The notes beneath the pieces are model-generated. The model was not told the DNA's origin and made no database searches. It was given only the letters and a program-made list of their open reading frames with translations. A stretch of 42,607 nucleotides of DNA from Octopus bimaculoides (taxonomy: Eukaryota), in the NCBI RefSeq assembly GCF_001194135.2, contig NC_068985.1, forward strand, positions 50,383,970 through 50,426,576. The letters are read 5' to 3'. Below are positions 1 to 11,493 of this stretch, one piece after another. Within the stretch, counting starts at the first letter, position 1, and every line of letters starts with the position of its first letter. Both the position numbers and the translations under genes were made by a program.

Positions 1-45
<45 letters not shown>

Positions 46-83
46 TATATACATACATACATACATACATACATACATACATA
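1..83. repeat. (AT)n followed by (ACAT)n microsatellite
   Basis: Directly visible simple repeats at the window start. Confidence 0.95.
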
Positions 84-1174
84 CAACAACGTGGCATCAA
101 AAAGTTCTCAGACTATTTCTGCAGCGCGCCAACAGACGGCAGCACACAGTTGCATGCGCAATGAGAGCTAGCAGAGAACTTCATGAGGCAGTGTGCCGAG
201 TCACATCGCAGTATTCACTCGGCAAGTTGTGAAATTTATGTTTTGTGATCATGTGTAGTCTACGATTTTGTCATGGGCATGAAGTTGGAACAAAGAGCAA
301 ACGTGAAATTTTGCGTTAAACTTTGGAGGTCTGCTACAGAGACATTGTGCATGCTTCGGCAAACTTATGGTGACAAGGCAATGGGTTGTGCGCAATTTTT
401 CGAGTGGCATAGGCGATTCAAAAGCGGAGAATGTCCCAGGAAGGTGATGAGCAATCTGGAAAACCTGTCACGAGCGTCACCCCCGGAAATGTGGAGAAGA
501 TTCATCAGCTTGTGCATGAGGATCGTCGCAGGACAACCCACGACATTGCTGATGTTGTTGGTCTGTCGTATGGCTCCGCACAAGCAATCCTAACGTCTGA
601 ATTGAACATGTGACGTGTCTGTGCCAATTTTGTCCCCCACCTGCTGAGCACCGATCAGAAAGAACATCGCGTCGAAGTCTCTCTAGATCTCCGTAGGTGT
701 GCCGCTGGTGACCCATCCTTTCTGTCGTGGATCATCACCGGAGACGAGAGCTGGGTTTACAGGTACGACCCTGAGACGAGGCAGCAGTCGTCACAATGGA
801 AGAGGTCTTCATCTCCTCGACCAAAGAAGGCACGACAGAGTCACAACTCAATCAAGAACATGCTCATCGTTTTTATCGACATCCGCGATCGTCAATCAAG
901 AGTTCTACTGCGACGTTTTGAGGCGTTTGAGGGAGAACATTCGGCGAAAGTTCCCGGATCTGTTCAGCCCGAAGAATTGGATTCTTCACGACGACAATGC
1001 ACCCTGTTACCGAACTCTCCTCACTCAGTGGGTTTCTCGCCAAAAAAAAATATAGTATCACTTCCGCACCAGCCCTATTCACCAGATTTAGCACCTGCGG
1101 ACTTCCATCTCTTCCCCGAGATGGAAATGGAGCTCAAAGGTCGACGTTTTAACACCGCTGTCGAGAACAAGAAC
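84..1174 (+). mobile_element. Decayed Tc1/mariner (mariner-type, DD34D-like) DNA transposon; 3' end lost in the gap
   Basis: TIR-like sequence ...GTGGCATCAAAAAGTTCTCAGACT at about 84-115 after a TA-containing repeat, followed by transposase fragments. No right TIR is visible because the gap starts at 1175. Confidence 0.88.
273..1174 (+). pseudogene. Mariner transposase pseudogene (frameshifts, internal stop)
   Basis: Fragments across three frames: MKLEQRANVKFCVKL..FEWHRRFKSG (HTH), EDRRRTT..IA..VGLSYGS, IITGDESWVYRYDPET (first D), ILHDDNAP (second D), PYSPDLAPADFHLF (third D; mariner YSPDLAP motif). Confidence 0.9.
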
Positions 1175-2043
1175 NNNNNNNNNNNNNNNNNNNNNNNNNN
1201 NNNNNNNNNNNNNNNNNNNNNNNNNNNNNNNNNNNNNNNNNNNNNNNNNNNNNNNNNNNNNNNNNNNNNNNNNNNNNNNNNNNNNNNNNNNNNNNNNNNN
1301 NNNNNNNNNNNNNNNNNNNNNNNNNNNNNNNNNNNNNNNNNNNNNNNNNNNNNNNNNNNNNNNNNNNNNNNNNNNNNNNNNNNNNNNNNNNNNNNNNNNN
1401 NNNNNNNNNNNNNNNNNNNNNNNNNNNNNNNNNNNNNNNNNNNNNNNNNNNNNNNNNNNNNNNNNNNNNNNNNNNNNNNNNNNNNNNNNNNNNNNNNNNN
1501 NNNNNNNNNNNNNNNNNNNNNNNNNNNNNNNNNNNNNNNNNNNNNNNNNNNNNNNNNNNNNNNNNNNNNNNNNNNNNNNNNNNNNNNNNNNNNNNNNNNN
1601 NNNNNNNNNNNNNNNNNNNNNNNNNNNNNNNNNNNNNNNNNNNNNNNNNNNNNNNNNNNNNNNNNNNNNNNNNNNNNNNNNNNNNNNNNNNNNNNNNNNN
1701 NNNNNNNNNNNNNNNNNNNNNNNNNNNNNNNNNNNNNNNNNNNNNNAAGAGGGGAAAAAGGAGAAAGAAGAAAGGTCAGAAATAGAAGTCGCACGGATAT
1801 ATAACTAACTGTTAATAAAAACCAGGGTGCGTTGCGTTCCGTTAACCCCCACCCCCCATACACACCCATAAAGTCGTTTTTATGTTTTGGTTGAAACAAC
1901 AAGCATGGAACTCAATACGTTTTGTAGAGAAACAAAAATATATTTATTAAGGCTGTATAAAGAATTCACTCGCCATTCCGTTCTTCAGGATGTAGATGCT
2001 TGAAACTTGCATTTGAAGGGTTTTGTACGTGGGAAAAAAATAA

Positions 2044-2082
<39 letters not shown>

Positions 2083-3154
2083 TTTGTTGGGGATATTTTC
2101 CGTATAGATTACATCTTTTACTCCATGCATTGTACTTTTCTGGTCTAGCACTTGACATGATAGATAGGTTTCTCAAGCTGCGATCCTTCAGGTTCTAGGT
2201 GAATTTTAAAAGTGATATGGAATTAAGTTCATATTTTTTTTTCTGTTCCTGAACAAGGCGATGTTGTATGTCTCGGCCTTAAAGATATCCCCTGTAAGGC
2301 TGTCCTGTTGACACTAGGGACTCATATTTTTCAGAACGCAGTGGTCGATACATCTAAAGTTGCAAATTGGAGTACTTTGGTTTTGTCCACATTATTGTCA
2401 CTAAAAGTTTATAATCCAATGCTACTGGCTTTCACAGTGTTTCTACTAACTGACTGAATATTCTTATAAGCTTCTTTCTGAAATTGTCCCTGTTGCGTTC
2501 ATTTCTATTATGCACTTCCAAGCATGTTGTCTCTAACAATGCTATAACAGAAGTTCATATATTATTTTTTTATCCTGTTCATAATAGAGAAGACCGTGAG
2601 TTCTGAGATTTCTACCCCGTTAAAAATACCTGTATATATGTCAAAGATCCCTTAGCGGTCCTTCTTCACCCAGTAGGATTCGTCGTTAGATAACAATGAT
2701 TTTGACATTATATGAATATCGAACTCTGTAATGGTGGCGTACTATTTGCCGAAATCCGGGACTTGCAGAAGATTTGTACAAATCGGGGGTAGTATTTTAC
2801 TATAATTTTCGTTATTTAGTTGATGTTTTTTTCCAACGGTTGTAATGGATCCTATCGCAGACTAGGGCATGTCGTGCCCTTTCCACTACTCTTCTAACTT
2901 TATATGAATCCACTGGTGTCATTATATTCAAGCCAGGTGGTATCAGCTTTGAGTCTCTACATTTACACAGGAAAGTCAGATGGTTTGAAAGATGAGCTAG
3001 TTTTGATGGAGTTTCTCTATATGTCTCCATTGAAGTCTAATGTTGGCTCTGTTCTGATTAGATAATACGGTTCTATATTTAAGAGATGAGGAATTATGTA
3101 CATTATTTACATTATTTATATCTGATGGATATTTGTCCTCATCTTGTTTGTTGC

Positions 3155-3198
3155 TAACACGTTTCGGCTGATACCCTCCAGCCTTCATCAGGTATCTT
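3155..3198 (-). ncRNA. Minimal type I hammerhead-ribozyme-like motif (probably degenerate)
   Basis: Minus strand reads CCTGATGA-A-GGCTGG-AGGGTA-TCAGCC-GAAA-CGTGTT: CUGAUGA core, 6-bp helix II and GAAA core. Helix I/III pairing is poor in this copy. Confidence 0.6.
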
Positions 3199-3245
3199 GG
3201 GGAAATTTTGAACCTGGGTTCTCATTCCTAAGGTATTTTTTGATG

Positions 3246-3247
<2 letters not shown>

Positions 3248-3293
<46 letters not shown>
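3248..3293. repeat. (ATT)n microsatellite
   Basis: Directly visible; it produces the spurious poly-Leu ORF at 3144-3392. Confidence 0.95.
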
Positions 3294-3294
<1 letters not shown>

Positions 3295-3316
3295 GGTCAC
3301 TGCCTGGAATCGAACC

Positions 3317-3750
3317 AATAAGACACTTGATGGAAATGTTGACCTTCTGTGTAGAAACTACCTACTTCAGTATGGACACTGATATATATTGACAGGAATA
3401 GAGTTCAGCTATGGGTTCACCATTATCACCAATAATAGCCAATATATTCATGAAATACTTTGAGAATTTGGCTTTAGGATTAACATTACTAAAACAAACC
3501 CAATGGCTGCGATATGTTGATGGCACCTTCATACTCTGGTCCCACCAGGAAGATGTCCAAGTGCTGTTGGATCATGTGAACTCAATAAAGCCATCCATAC
3601 AGTTCCCAATAGAAAAAGGAAAAAACAATCAGCTAGCATTCCTGGACATATTAATAACATGCACCAAGTATGAATTCAGGACATCCGTATACTGCAAGCC
3701 AATCTTCACTGGACGATACCTCAACTTCAACTCCCACTATCCATGCAGTG
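3317..3750 (+). mobile_element. Penelope-like reverse transcriptase fragment (pseudogenised)
   Basis: AMGSPLSPIIANIFM, WLRYVDGTF (YVDD decayed), IQFPIEK..NNQLAFLDILI, SVYCKP..TGRYLNFNSHYP are PLE RT/thumb motifs. Stops lie just upstream of 3411. Confidence 0.9.
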
Positions 3751-4440
3751 TAAAGATATATGATATATATAGTAACAGTTACACATTTTGTGATAATAGT
3801 ATTTTCACCAATACGTAAAAATACTATTTGTAATAAAGATATGCATTACTGAGTAATCAGTCCCATTCTTGTAACTATTAAGTATATTTTCATTAAAACT
3901 ATTGTATTTTGGCCTTTTTGTTGTATTTAGATGTGTATGTGAAAGAACATGCTTCTAATACATACATGATTCCTTTATAAAAAGAGAGAAAGGACAAGAA
4001 AGACGAGTCACTGTTTTAATTTGCTGTTTCTGAATAACACATATTCACCACTGTCTTTTACATACCTAGAACTTTGCCAAATTGGAAAGTAAAATAATGC
4101 ACACCTAAATGGTACATATAGTAGACAAATATTTCCCAAATGACCAGCCTACCATCTTAAAAAAATGAAGAGTATATCGGATGATACAGTCCTAGATATA
4201 TGATTACTGAACAATGAAGGTGGATGTTTACAGATGTCATGTCGTTGACTATAGTTTTATATCTTCTACACCAGGAATGCCCAGGGATTAAATAGAATGT
4301 ATGGAAATAAAGCTGTTACAATTGTTTAGTGCTATAGAAACAGCAAGTACCATTCATCTCAGAGGTAATAATGAAAGATGTAACGATGGATATTTTATGA
4401 ATTTGATGATGAAAGGAACAAATATGAAACAAAATTGGAG

Positions 4441-4446
4441 TTTATT
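4441..4446 (-). promoter_or_regulatory. Candidate polyadenylation signal (AATAAA) for the STEAP gene
   Basis: TTTATT on the plus strand about 150 nt downstream of the STEAP stop. The region is AT-rich, so support is weak. Confidence 0.3.
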
Positions 4447-4593
4447 AAACTTGAAATTCAAGATTAATTTAAATTTTAATAAACGCTTGATGAAACTGTT
4501 TGTCAGTACAGATCAATACTTAATGTTCATAGAAAAATATATTCATTTATCAAATGAACAGATTTAGTTTTTGACAGATTTGTTGAAATTTCA

Positions 4594-5958
4594 TTACAAA
4601 GGAATATCATTTTCAATTTTCTCAGGTTTTCTTCTCTCCCAGCCTGCACGTATATTGTCAACATAACAACTAACCCCTGGTAAGCACAAAACAAGTTTTA
4701 AGAATAATGTCAACAAAGGAAGTATGCAACATGTGAAGGTATTTGAGTAAAAAAAACTCGAAGGGTGTTTTAGCCAGTTTGGCATGCCTATGATAAAGAC
4801 ATGCATAACTGAGAAAAACACTGTTACATATCCTAAGTGACTTTGAGTAAAACGCCATTCTTTCCAGTTGAGTATTTCACTAACACTTGGAAGAGAGGAA
4901 ATTCCAACAAGAAGCATTAAGAACAGGGCTATAAATCCAGTACTTATTAAAGATTCGCCTTTGAGGTTCAGATGTACTTCATAAGGGGAGATAACTGAGG
5001 AATTAGCATGTGGACTAGTAAGGTACCATGAATTAGCATAGCCAGGGGAAATAAGTACCAGAGACATCCCAGCATGCCAGAAACTGAAAAGAAGAGCATA
5101 AAGTCCTATCATTTTGCGAGATTTCATCCATTTGTCCATCCATTTAGGGAAATCTTTGTATTTTGTTCCATTGTAAATTTGTAAAAATCCTGCTAAGCAA
5201 CCTGGTAAATAAGAAGAAGCTAATAATGTAATGGCTGTCAAACAGACTATTTTGTTCAAAAACGTCAGTGGCATTCTATACCAGGATATTTGAAGATTGT
5301 GGCTAGTGTAGTATATTACAATCTTTGCAGTTACAACTATGAACCAAACCAGAAAAGTCACTAATGTATAAATACTAGGTATACCCCATCCTGACATAAG
5401 AGTTAGGGGATAAGCTTCCAGTTTCCTTGCAGCACCTAAGTTACCACAGTCAACGGGAGGAATCCCAATATCACGTGACAATTGCATAATTCTTTCTCGT
5501 GCATGTCTGTTATTTCCAGCGACGAAATTTTTTATGCTACCACCAAAGTTCTCACTTTCAACAGCATAAGCAGACAATGTGTTAAAAGATTTTACAAACT
5601 GAATATCTGGGAAAATGATAGCTAAATTTTCTGCATTTGATTCAAATTTACTTGGTTTAGTGCGATTTGAGATATCAACGAAAATTTTTCCCACCAAATC
5701 ATTCTTATGTGGTCGAAGACAGGATTCCATGCTAGAATAAGGAATTGCCAGGATAAAAATTTCAATTTCCTTGTTTGTAAGAACATTTTTAACAGAGTCC
5801 ACTTTGACGTTGCTCAACTGTTTATCTCTGGTGATAAAGGATCGTTGAAGTGGATTTCGACTACCAAAAACGGTTTCATATCCAGCTTGTAAAAGTCTTT
5901 TCCCTAATGCTGTTCCATAGTTTCCTGTACCAAGAATGCCAATTGTTTGGTTTTCCAT
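4594..5958 (-). CDS. STEAP: STEAP-family metalloreductase (STEAP2/3/4-like; NADPH oxidoreductase domain plus 6-TM ferric/cupric reductase), 454 aa, uninterrupted CDS
   Basis: Rossmann GILGTGNYG, VFGSRNP, IFVDISN, ESNAENL, VKSFNTLSAYA, VDCGNL.AARKLE. TM region NGTKYKDFPKWMDKWMKSRKMIGL, heme-ligand His in FWHAG and VMHVF, and SLPSV..LNWKEW.F.QS. The exact vertebrate paralog cannot be assigned from sequence alone. Confidence 0.97.
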   Translation of the reverse strand: MENQTIGILGTGNYGTALGKRLLQAGYETVFGSRNPLQRSFITRDKQLSNVKVDSVKNVLTNKEIEIFILAIPYSSMESCLRPHKNDLVGKIFVDISNRTKPSKFESNAENLAIIFPDIQFVKSFNTLSAYAVESENFGGSIKNFVAGNNRHARERIMQLSRDIGIPPVDCGNLGAARKLEAYPLTLMSGWGIPSIYTLVTFLVWFIVVTAKIVIYYTSHNLQISWYRMPLTFLNKIVCLTAITLLASSYLPGCLAGFLQIYNGTKYKDFPKWMDKWMKSRKMIGLYALLFSFWHAGMSLVLISPGYANSWYLTSPHANSSVISPYEVHLNLKGESLISTGFIALFLMLLVGISSLPSVSEILNWKEWRFTQSHLGYVTVFFSVMHVFIIGMPNWLKHPSSFFYSNTFTCCILPLLTLFLKLVLCLPGVSCYVDNIRAGWERRKPEKIENDIPL

Positions 5959-5969
5959 AGTTTCTGTAT

Positions 5970-6000
5970 CTGTTAAGAAATAAAAAGTAAAACTTAATTA
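5970..6000 (-). promoter_or_regulatory. 3' splice acceptor 11 nt upstream of the STEAP ATG (implies an upstream non-coding exon)
   Basis: Minus strand: TAATTAAGTTTTACTTTTTATTTCTTAACAG|ATACAGAAACT-ATG; polypyrimidine tract plus CAG, with AG at 5971-5970. Confidence 0.75.
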
Positions 6001-6449
6001 AGATTACATGTGTTTGTACAGGAGAGTAAAGGATTATATGCAATACAAACATAAAATGAATGAATTGCAGAGCTTCTCTATGGCTACTCATTCTGTTAGA
6101 CATAGTAGTCAAATTCCTTCAAATCAGGTTCTTGAACTAAAAAAAAAAATGGAAGTAATTATTTGCTAATATACTTCAAGATATAAAAGGAATAGTCAAG
6201 GATAGACTGTCTTTGATGACGGGTTTGCTTGATCAAGGCTGAATTGGAGATGAACAATAGTATAAACATTCATAGATGAAAAGCTCACAATAATTATGCC
6301 ATTTTCTAAAAATTTCAAATTCTGCATGCCATTATTTTGAACCAGAGCAGAGATTGTCTGGATATCTCCAGACATCTCATTTCCTTCAGTGCCAGTATGG
6401 AAGGAGAGGACCATGAAGTGATGAGTGTACAGCTGATACTCACACAAGT

Positions 6450-6827
6450 TGGTACTCCATTGCTTACGACATTGAGGGTTCCAGTTGATCCGATCAACAG
6501 AACAGCCTGCTTGTGAAATTAACGTGCAAGTGGCTGAGCACTCCACAGACACGTGTACCCTTAACGTAGTTCTCGGGAATATTCAGCGTGACACAGTGTG
6601 ACAAGGCTGGCCCTTTGAAATACAGACACAACAGAAACAGGAAGTAAGAGTGAGAGAAAGTTGTGGTGAAAGAATACAGCAGGGTTCGCCACCATCCCCT
6701 ACTGAAGCCTCATGGAGCTTTAGGTGTTTTCGCTCAATAAACACTCACAACACCCAGTCTGGGAATTGAAACCGTGATCCTATGACCGCGAGTCCGCTGC
6801 CTTAACCACTGGGCTATTGCGCCTCCA
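6450..6827 (-). mobile_element. tRNA-derived SINE, near full length
   Basis: Head TGGAGGCGCAATAGCCCAGTGGTTAAGG...GGTTTCAATTCCCAG (A/B-box-like). The 3' tail is shared with the element at 15620. Confidence 0.8.
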
Positions 6828-8079
6828 CACTCACACAATAGCCAACATAGAAGAAGAAGGATGAAGTAAACATTTAATGAAGAAAGGTTTAAGCACTATC
6901 AGTATAGATTAATCAGCTCTATGGCATGGAGGATTTAGTTAGAAGAGGAAAAAACAGAACCCATTACTATTTACAGTGTCTTTGAGACAGGTGGGAAGAA
7001 GGGATGAAGATATTCACAGATTAGAGGTATGACTTGGATGTTTGCAACTGATTGTACTCCATAAAAAACAAAGGTAAGGGTAGTCATGTTTAACCAGATA
7101 AAAGTTGATTATGTTTACCATTAAAAAGCAGGAACTATCCTACTAACTAACTACCAACTATCCAACACAATTTCCATCTACTAAATTTCACACACATGAC
7201 TTTGATGAAGCTGAAGTTATGGTAAGAGACATATGTCCAAAGTGCCACATAGTGATTAAATCTGAAAACCATGTAGTCAAGAGGCAAACTTCTTTAGCCA
7301 TGCAGGTACATGCAACCCACACATTTCTCCACCTCACATCACCCTTATGTCCTACCTATAAGCACCATATTAACCACAATATCCAGTCCTTTCTTCCTAA
7401 AACATTGGCCTCTGGTATCTCCTCCCTGCTCATGTTCATGCCTTTCCTGAAGGTGTTGACCTGTGAGTTTATCTTCTTTTGTTATCATATTTTTATTGAA
7501 AATCACTGTCTTTGTTTCAGTTAATTATGAAAATTATAAAGAATTTAGTAAAGTAACTCTGCCATTATTAAGCTGGTGCTTGGAACATAACTTAACATTT
7601 TGATGGAAGGTTTTAATTCAGATCACTTTAAAACAAAAAGTCTATATCATAGAATTTGAGGCATTCTCAGGTGAATTAGTATCAAAAAGGTTATATGGAA
7701 ACTCAATCTGACCAGTTTTGGAGGTTCTACAACAGTCAGAAGAACTGCTTTTCTTTCAGAACCAGCAAGTAAAAATTCAATAAATAAAAAAAAAAAAAAT
7801 ATCTGCAAGCATGTTTATACATAATGTTCATTTTTTTTAACATTTAATTTCCTGTTATGCCTGGTTTTTCATCCTTGAAATTTTCAGCTTGTTCCAACAA
7901 AATAAACCTTCGACTAGTATTGATTTCACTCTTCAAAACATTCAGAACCTTTCATTCATATAAAATCAGTAAAGGATTCTTGACATTAATGTTGATTTCA
8001 AATTTTAGCATAAAGCCAGCAATTTTGGGGAGCAGGTAAGTTGATTACATCAGCTCCAGTCCTCAACTGATACTCATTT

Positions 8080-8216
8080 TATTAATCTTGGAAGGATGAA
8101 GAGTAAAGTTGGCCTTGGTAGGGTTTGAACTCAGAACATAAAGATGGTGCAGCCTACTGGCTTGCCAGTCCTCAGTCAAACCGTCCAACCCATACCAGCA
8201 AGGAAAATGGATGTTA

Positions 8217-8255
<39 letters not shown>
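8080..8255. mobile_element. Composite relic: SINE fragment (minus) joined to an RTE-like 3' tail (plus) ending in (GAT)n
   Basis: GGAAGGATGAAGAGTAAAG..TTTGAACTCAGAACATAAAGA resembles 19170-19232. CCAACCCATACCAGCA..ATGATGATG is the reverse complement of the tail at 9908-9960. Confidence 0.6.
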
Positions 8256-8989
8256 TAAGGTGCCAATCCACTACAGTTGTTTCCAACAAATTTTTAATTG
8301 ATTAATAGAGCCATTACATCATTAGAAAAACAAAAAAAAACTGTTTTCATCAGGTGAATATATGGATTACAACATTCAAAAACATTTTTAGGAAACATTC
8401 CACCCTCTATCCTTCCCTACCCACTCACTCTGTGTAATTCTCTGTACCACTTATTGTACCTTGTAGGCATGTCCTATTGTACCTTGTAGACAATGGCATG
8501 TGCCCCTTCATGATTCTATGACCCTTGCTGGTCACAGAATGAATTTGTTAGTATTATAGGAGAAAATAATGTGATGTCATGCGTGGGTAACGAAGATTTA
8601 TAGCAATGAAGAAGGTTAGAGGATGAGGTATGGGGGAATCAGATAGTGAAGCATCTTGCCCCTACAACTAAGATAGAGTGAATTTCTTTTCTCTTTTAAT
8701 TCTGTTCAATAAGCTGTTTTAGAGCTAAAGTAGAAATGGTTATTTATATAGTTATTTATTTAACAGTAATTTATATATATATATTTATTTAACAGCCTTC
8801 ATGACCCCTTTATGGCTATATAGATACGTTCAGAGTGCTTCTTTCATCATTGTCTTCATTGCTTTAATGTTCATTTTTACATGCTCACATGAATGGGCAG
8901 AATTTGTTAAAGTGGAATTTTCTATGACTCGATGCCTTTTCTGTCATCACCCTTGCCTATTTACAAGTAAGGTAATATTTTTCCCATGA

Positions 8990-9385
8990 CTCTCTTTACT
9001 CTTTTTACTCTTTTACCTGTTTCAGTCATTTGGCTGTGGTTATGCTGGAGTACCGCCTTTAGTCGAGCAAATCGACCCCAGGACTTATTCTTTGTAAGCC
9101 TAGTACTTATTCTATTGGTCTCTTTTGCCGAACCGCTAAGTTACAAGGATGTAAACACACCAGCATCGGTTGTCAAGCGATGTTGGGGGGACAAACACAG
9201 ACACACATACATATATATATAAACATATATACGACGGGCTTCTTTCAGTTTCCGTCTACCAAATCCACTCACAAGGCTTTGGTCGGCCCAAGGCTATAGT
9301 AGAAGACACTTGCCCAAGGTGCCACGCAGTGGAACTGAACCCAGAACCGTGTGGTTCATAAGCAAGCTACTTACTACACAGCCAC
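8990..9385 (-). mobile_element. Full-length tRNA-derived SINE (CORE-like family) with internal (TA/TG) microsatellite and short-repeat tail
   Basis: Head GTGGCTGTGTAGTAAG..GGTTCAGTTCC, central CCTTGGGCAAGTGTCTT, then GTGAGTGGATTTGGTAGAC; tail ends in (AAAAGAGT)n. Several related copies occur in this window. Confidence 0.85.
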
Positions 9386-9489
9386 TTCTAAACATCTTTT
9401 CATAAAAGACTGGAAACAAAAGACACCACTTGCATGATGGTGACACACATTTACAACTATCCCAATGTCAATACAAAGAGACAGCTACA

Positions 9490-9548
9490 CATACACACAC
9501 ATCACACACACACACACCTACACACACACACACACACACACACATATG

Positions 9549-9608
<60 letters not shown>

Positions 9609-9611
9609 CAA
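9490..9611. repeat. (CA)n microsatellite
   Basis: Directly visible; source of the His/Thr-repeat pseudo-ORFs. Confidence 0.95.
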
Positions 9612-9764
9612 TAGGCTACTTTCAATTTGTTAAACAAATTCTCTCACAAGGCTTTGGCTAGCCTAGGGCTATAGTAGAAGATACTTGCCTAAAATACTAT
9701 GCAGTGGGATTGAACCCAGTATCATGTAGTCAGGAAGCAAATTTCTTACCACAAAGCCATGCCT
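9612..9764 (-). mobile_element. SINE head/body copy (same family as 8990-9385)
   Basis: CTCACAAGGCTTTGG..GCTATAGTAGAAGATACTTGCC..GATTGAACCCAG aligns to 9265-9385. Confidence 0.8.
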
Positions 9765-9907
9765 GTGCTCATTCTTTCTTCATTATACTTAGACGTCAAA
9801 ATAAATTTTAAAATATCCTAAATTTCTTCTTCATATTCAGACTTTTGACCATGACTATGTTCATATACATTATATATTCACATATATTCACATGCTATAC
9901 ATACTCA

Positions 9908-10140
9908 TCCTCATCATCATCATGTAATGTTCATCTTCCATGCTGGTATGGGTTGGACAGCTTGACAGGAGCTGGCAAGCCACAGGGCTGTGCCAGGTTC
10001 CATTGTCTGCTTTGGCATAGTTTCTCCAGCCATATGCCCTTCCTAACGCCAATCACTTTACTGGGTGTACTGGGTACTTTTTACCTGGCACCAGCACCAG
10101 CAGGGTCACCACATAACCTGCAAGACAAAGATCCCTGACT
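9908..10140 (-). mobile_element. RTE-like LINE/SINE 3' tail ending in (TGA)n
   Basis: CATCATCATCAT..CCATGCTGGTATGGGTTGGAC..ATGCCCTTCCTAACGCCAA; matches the inverted copy at 8170-8255. The family assignment is pattern recognition only. Confidence 0.55.
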
Positions 10141-10606
10141 GAGTAGGAGAGTAGTGTTGGGGGAGGTGGCTTCATGCCACATGACAGGTTAAAGTATAAT
10201 AGAGTGATGAAAATAGGTATCTAGTTATAGAGGAGATACCTGTCTACCCCAGCTGGAAATGAAAGGAAAGAAAAATAGAGTCAGAGACAAAGACAGGCAA
10301 ACAAAGTGAGAGAGAGAAAGATAGATGATGGTGGAGATGAGTTGGGTCATGCCTACAAGGTACAAAGGGACATACCTACAAGGAACAATAAGTGGTACAG
10401 AGAATTATACAGGGTGAGTGGACAGGGAAGGATAGAGGGTGGAATGTTTCATAAGAGTGTGATTAATATTTTATATATTCACACATATGGCATTAATAAT
10501 GTTGTTGGTAAAAGAGCACATTAAAACACAACTTTTTTTATGTTTTAATCAACAGAGAAACAAGAGTGCTCATGACTGTTTACAGGACCTCCAAGACAGA
10601 TGGCAG

Positions 10607-10712
10607 AGGGAGAGAGAAAGGGGGGAGGAAGAGAGAGAGGGAGAGGGAGAGAGAGGGGGAGAGGGAGAGAGAGGGGGAGAGGGAGAGAGAGGGGGAGAGG
10701 GAGGGAGGGGGT
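10607..10712. repeat. GA-rich polypurine tandem repeat (about 18-nt unit GGAGAGAGAGGGGGAGAG)
   Basis: Directly visible; source of the EGEREREG pseudo-ORFs. Confidence 0.9.
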
Positions 10713-10844
10713 TTATTATCAGACCAGAGATTTAGACTGAATTTTTGCAATAAAGTGGACTCCATTAAGAGCATCCAAGAACCATGTTATAGTTAAACAG
10801 GACAACAGATAGATAAAACTATTCAGAAATATGAACAGCTCCTT

Positions 10845-11005
10845 TGATGGGCTCCTATATAGAGTTTCTGTCAATCATATTTCACCTAAAAGGCTTTGGT
10901 CAACTCAAGTCTATATAAGAAGATATTTGCCCAAAATGCTGTAAGGTGGAATCAAACCTGAAGCCATGAAGGTGCCAAGCAAACTTTTTAGTCATACATA
11001 ACTAT
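10845..11005 (-). mobile_element. Degraded SINE copy (same family as 8990-9385)
   Basis: AAGGCTTTGGTCAAC..AGAAGATATTTGCCCAA..GGAATCAAACC aligns loosely to the family body. Confidence 0.6.
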
Positions 11006-11493
11006 GTCTAAGAAGTGATGCTAATTGGCTGTTACATGCAAATGGGTGTAATGGAAAGTCGATTCTGTACTAAAAAATTGAAACCCAACGCAGTATGCAC
11101 AAGCATAACCAGGATTTCAACCTTATGTTCATAGATTTAAAACAATATGTACACATGTGTATTTTGCATACACATGTGTAACCCAGTGAGTGTGTGTGTG
11201 AGGGGAATAGTTAAACCTGTCAAACTCCTAATAGCTATGTATGTAGTCTGTAAACCAAACACTAGTATGGGAATATATATTATTTTATAGTATATAAATA
11301 AGATATCATTTGTACTTGCCATGACAAAATGGACAATCATCTGAATTCAGCAAAATTTCATAACTGCTCATTTTTACTATAAAATACAAAGAAATATTAA
11401 AGCATTTACACAAACTGAATGCTTAGGGAGTGACTCAACGATTCCTGTACTTAATCTTTTTCATCAGGCCAGAGCAATCAAGCTAATTTATTA

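Larger units (their letters stand above)
2812..3316 (-). mobile_element. Penelope-like element 5' relic (pseudo-LTR plus N-terminal ORF fragment); may extend left to about 2100
   Basis: ORF 2812-3030 has NHLTFLCKCRDSKLIPPGL, resembling the conserved PLE N-terminal 'H..FL..C....LIP.GL' segment. Upstream are a hammerhead-like core and an (ATT)n tract. Confidence 0.62.

Noticed and set aside
4301-4567. 88-aa plus-strand ORF downstream of STEAP
   Set aside because: Short, AT-rich, no recognisable motif; it overlaps the likely STEAP 3' UTR on the antisense strand.
6740-6827. tRNA-like sequences (also 9310-9385, 15830-15900, 19200-19289, 39063-39125)
   Set aside because: They have A/B boxes but no complete cloverleaf and continue into SINE bodies, so they are SINE heads, not tRNA genes.
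7560-8040. Possible decayed coding sequence on the minus strand
   Set aside because: Frames are interrupted by stops and no family motif could be recognised.
9430-10796. HT-, ER/EG-, CV-, SL- and IY-repeat ORFs here and elsewhere
   Set aside because: These are translations of (CA)n, (GA)n, (TG)n and (TA)n microsatellites.
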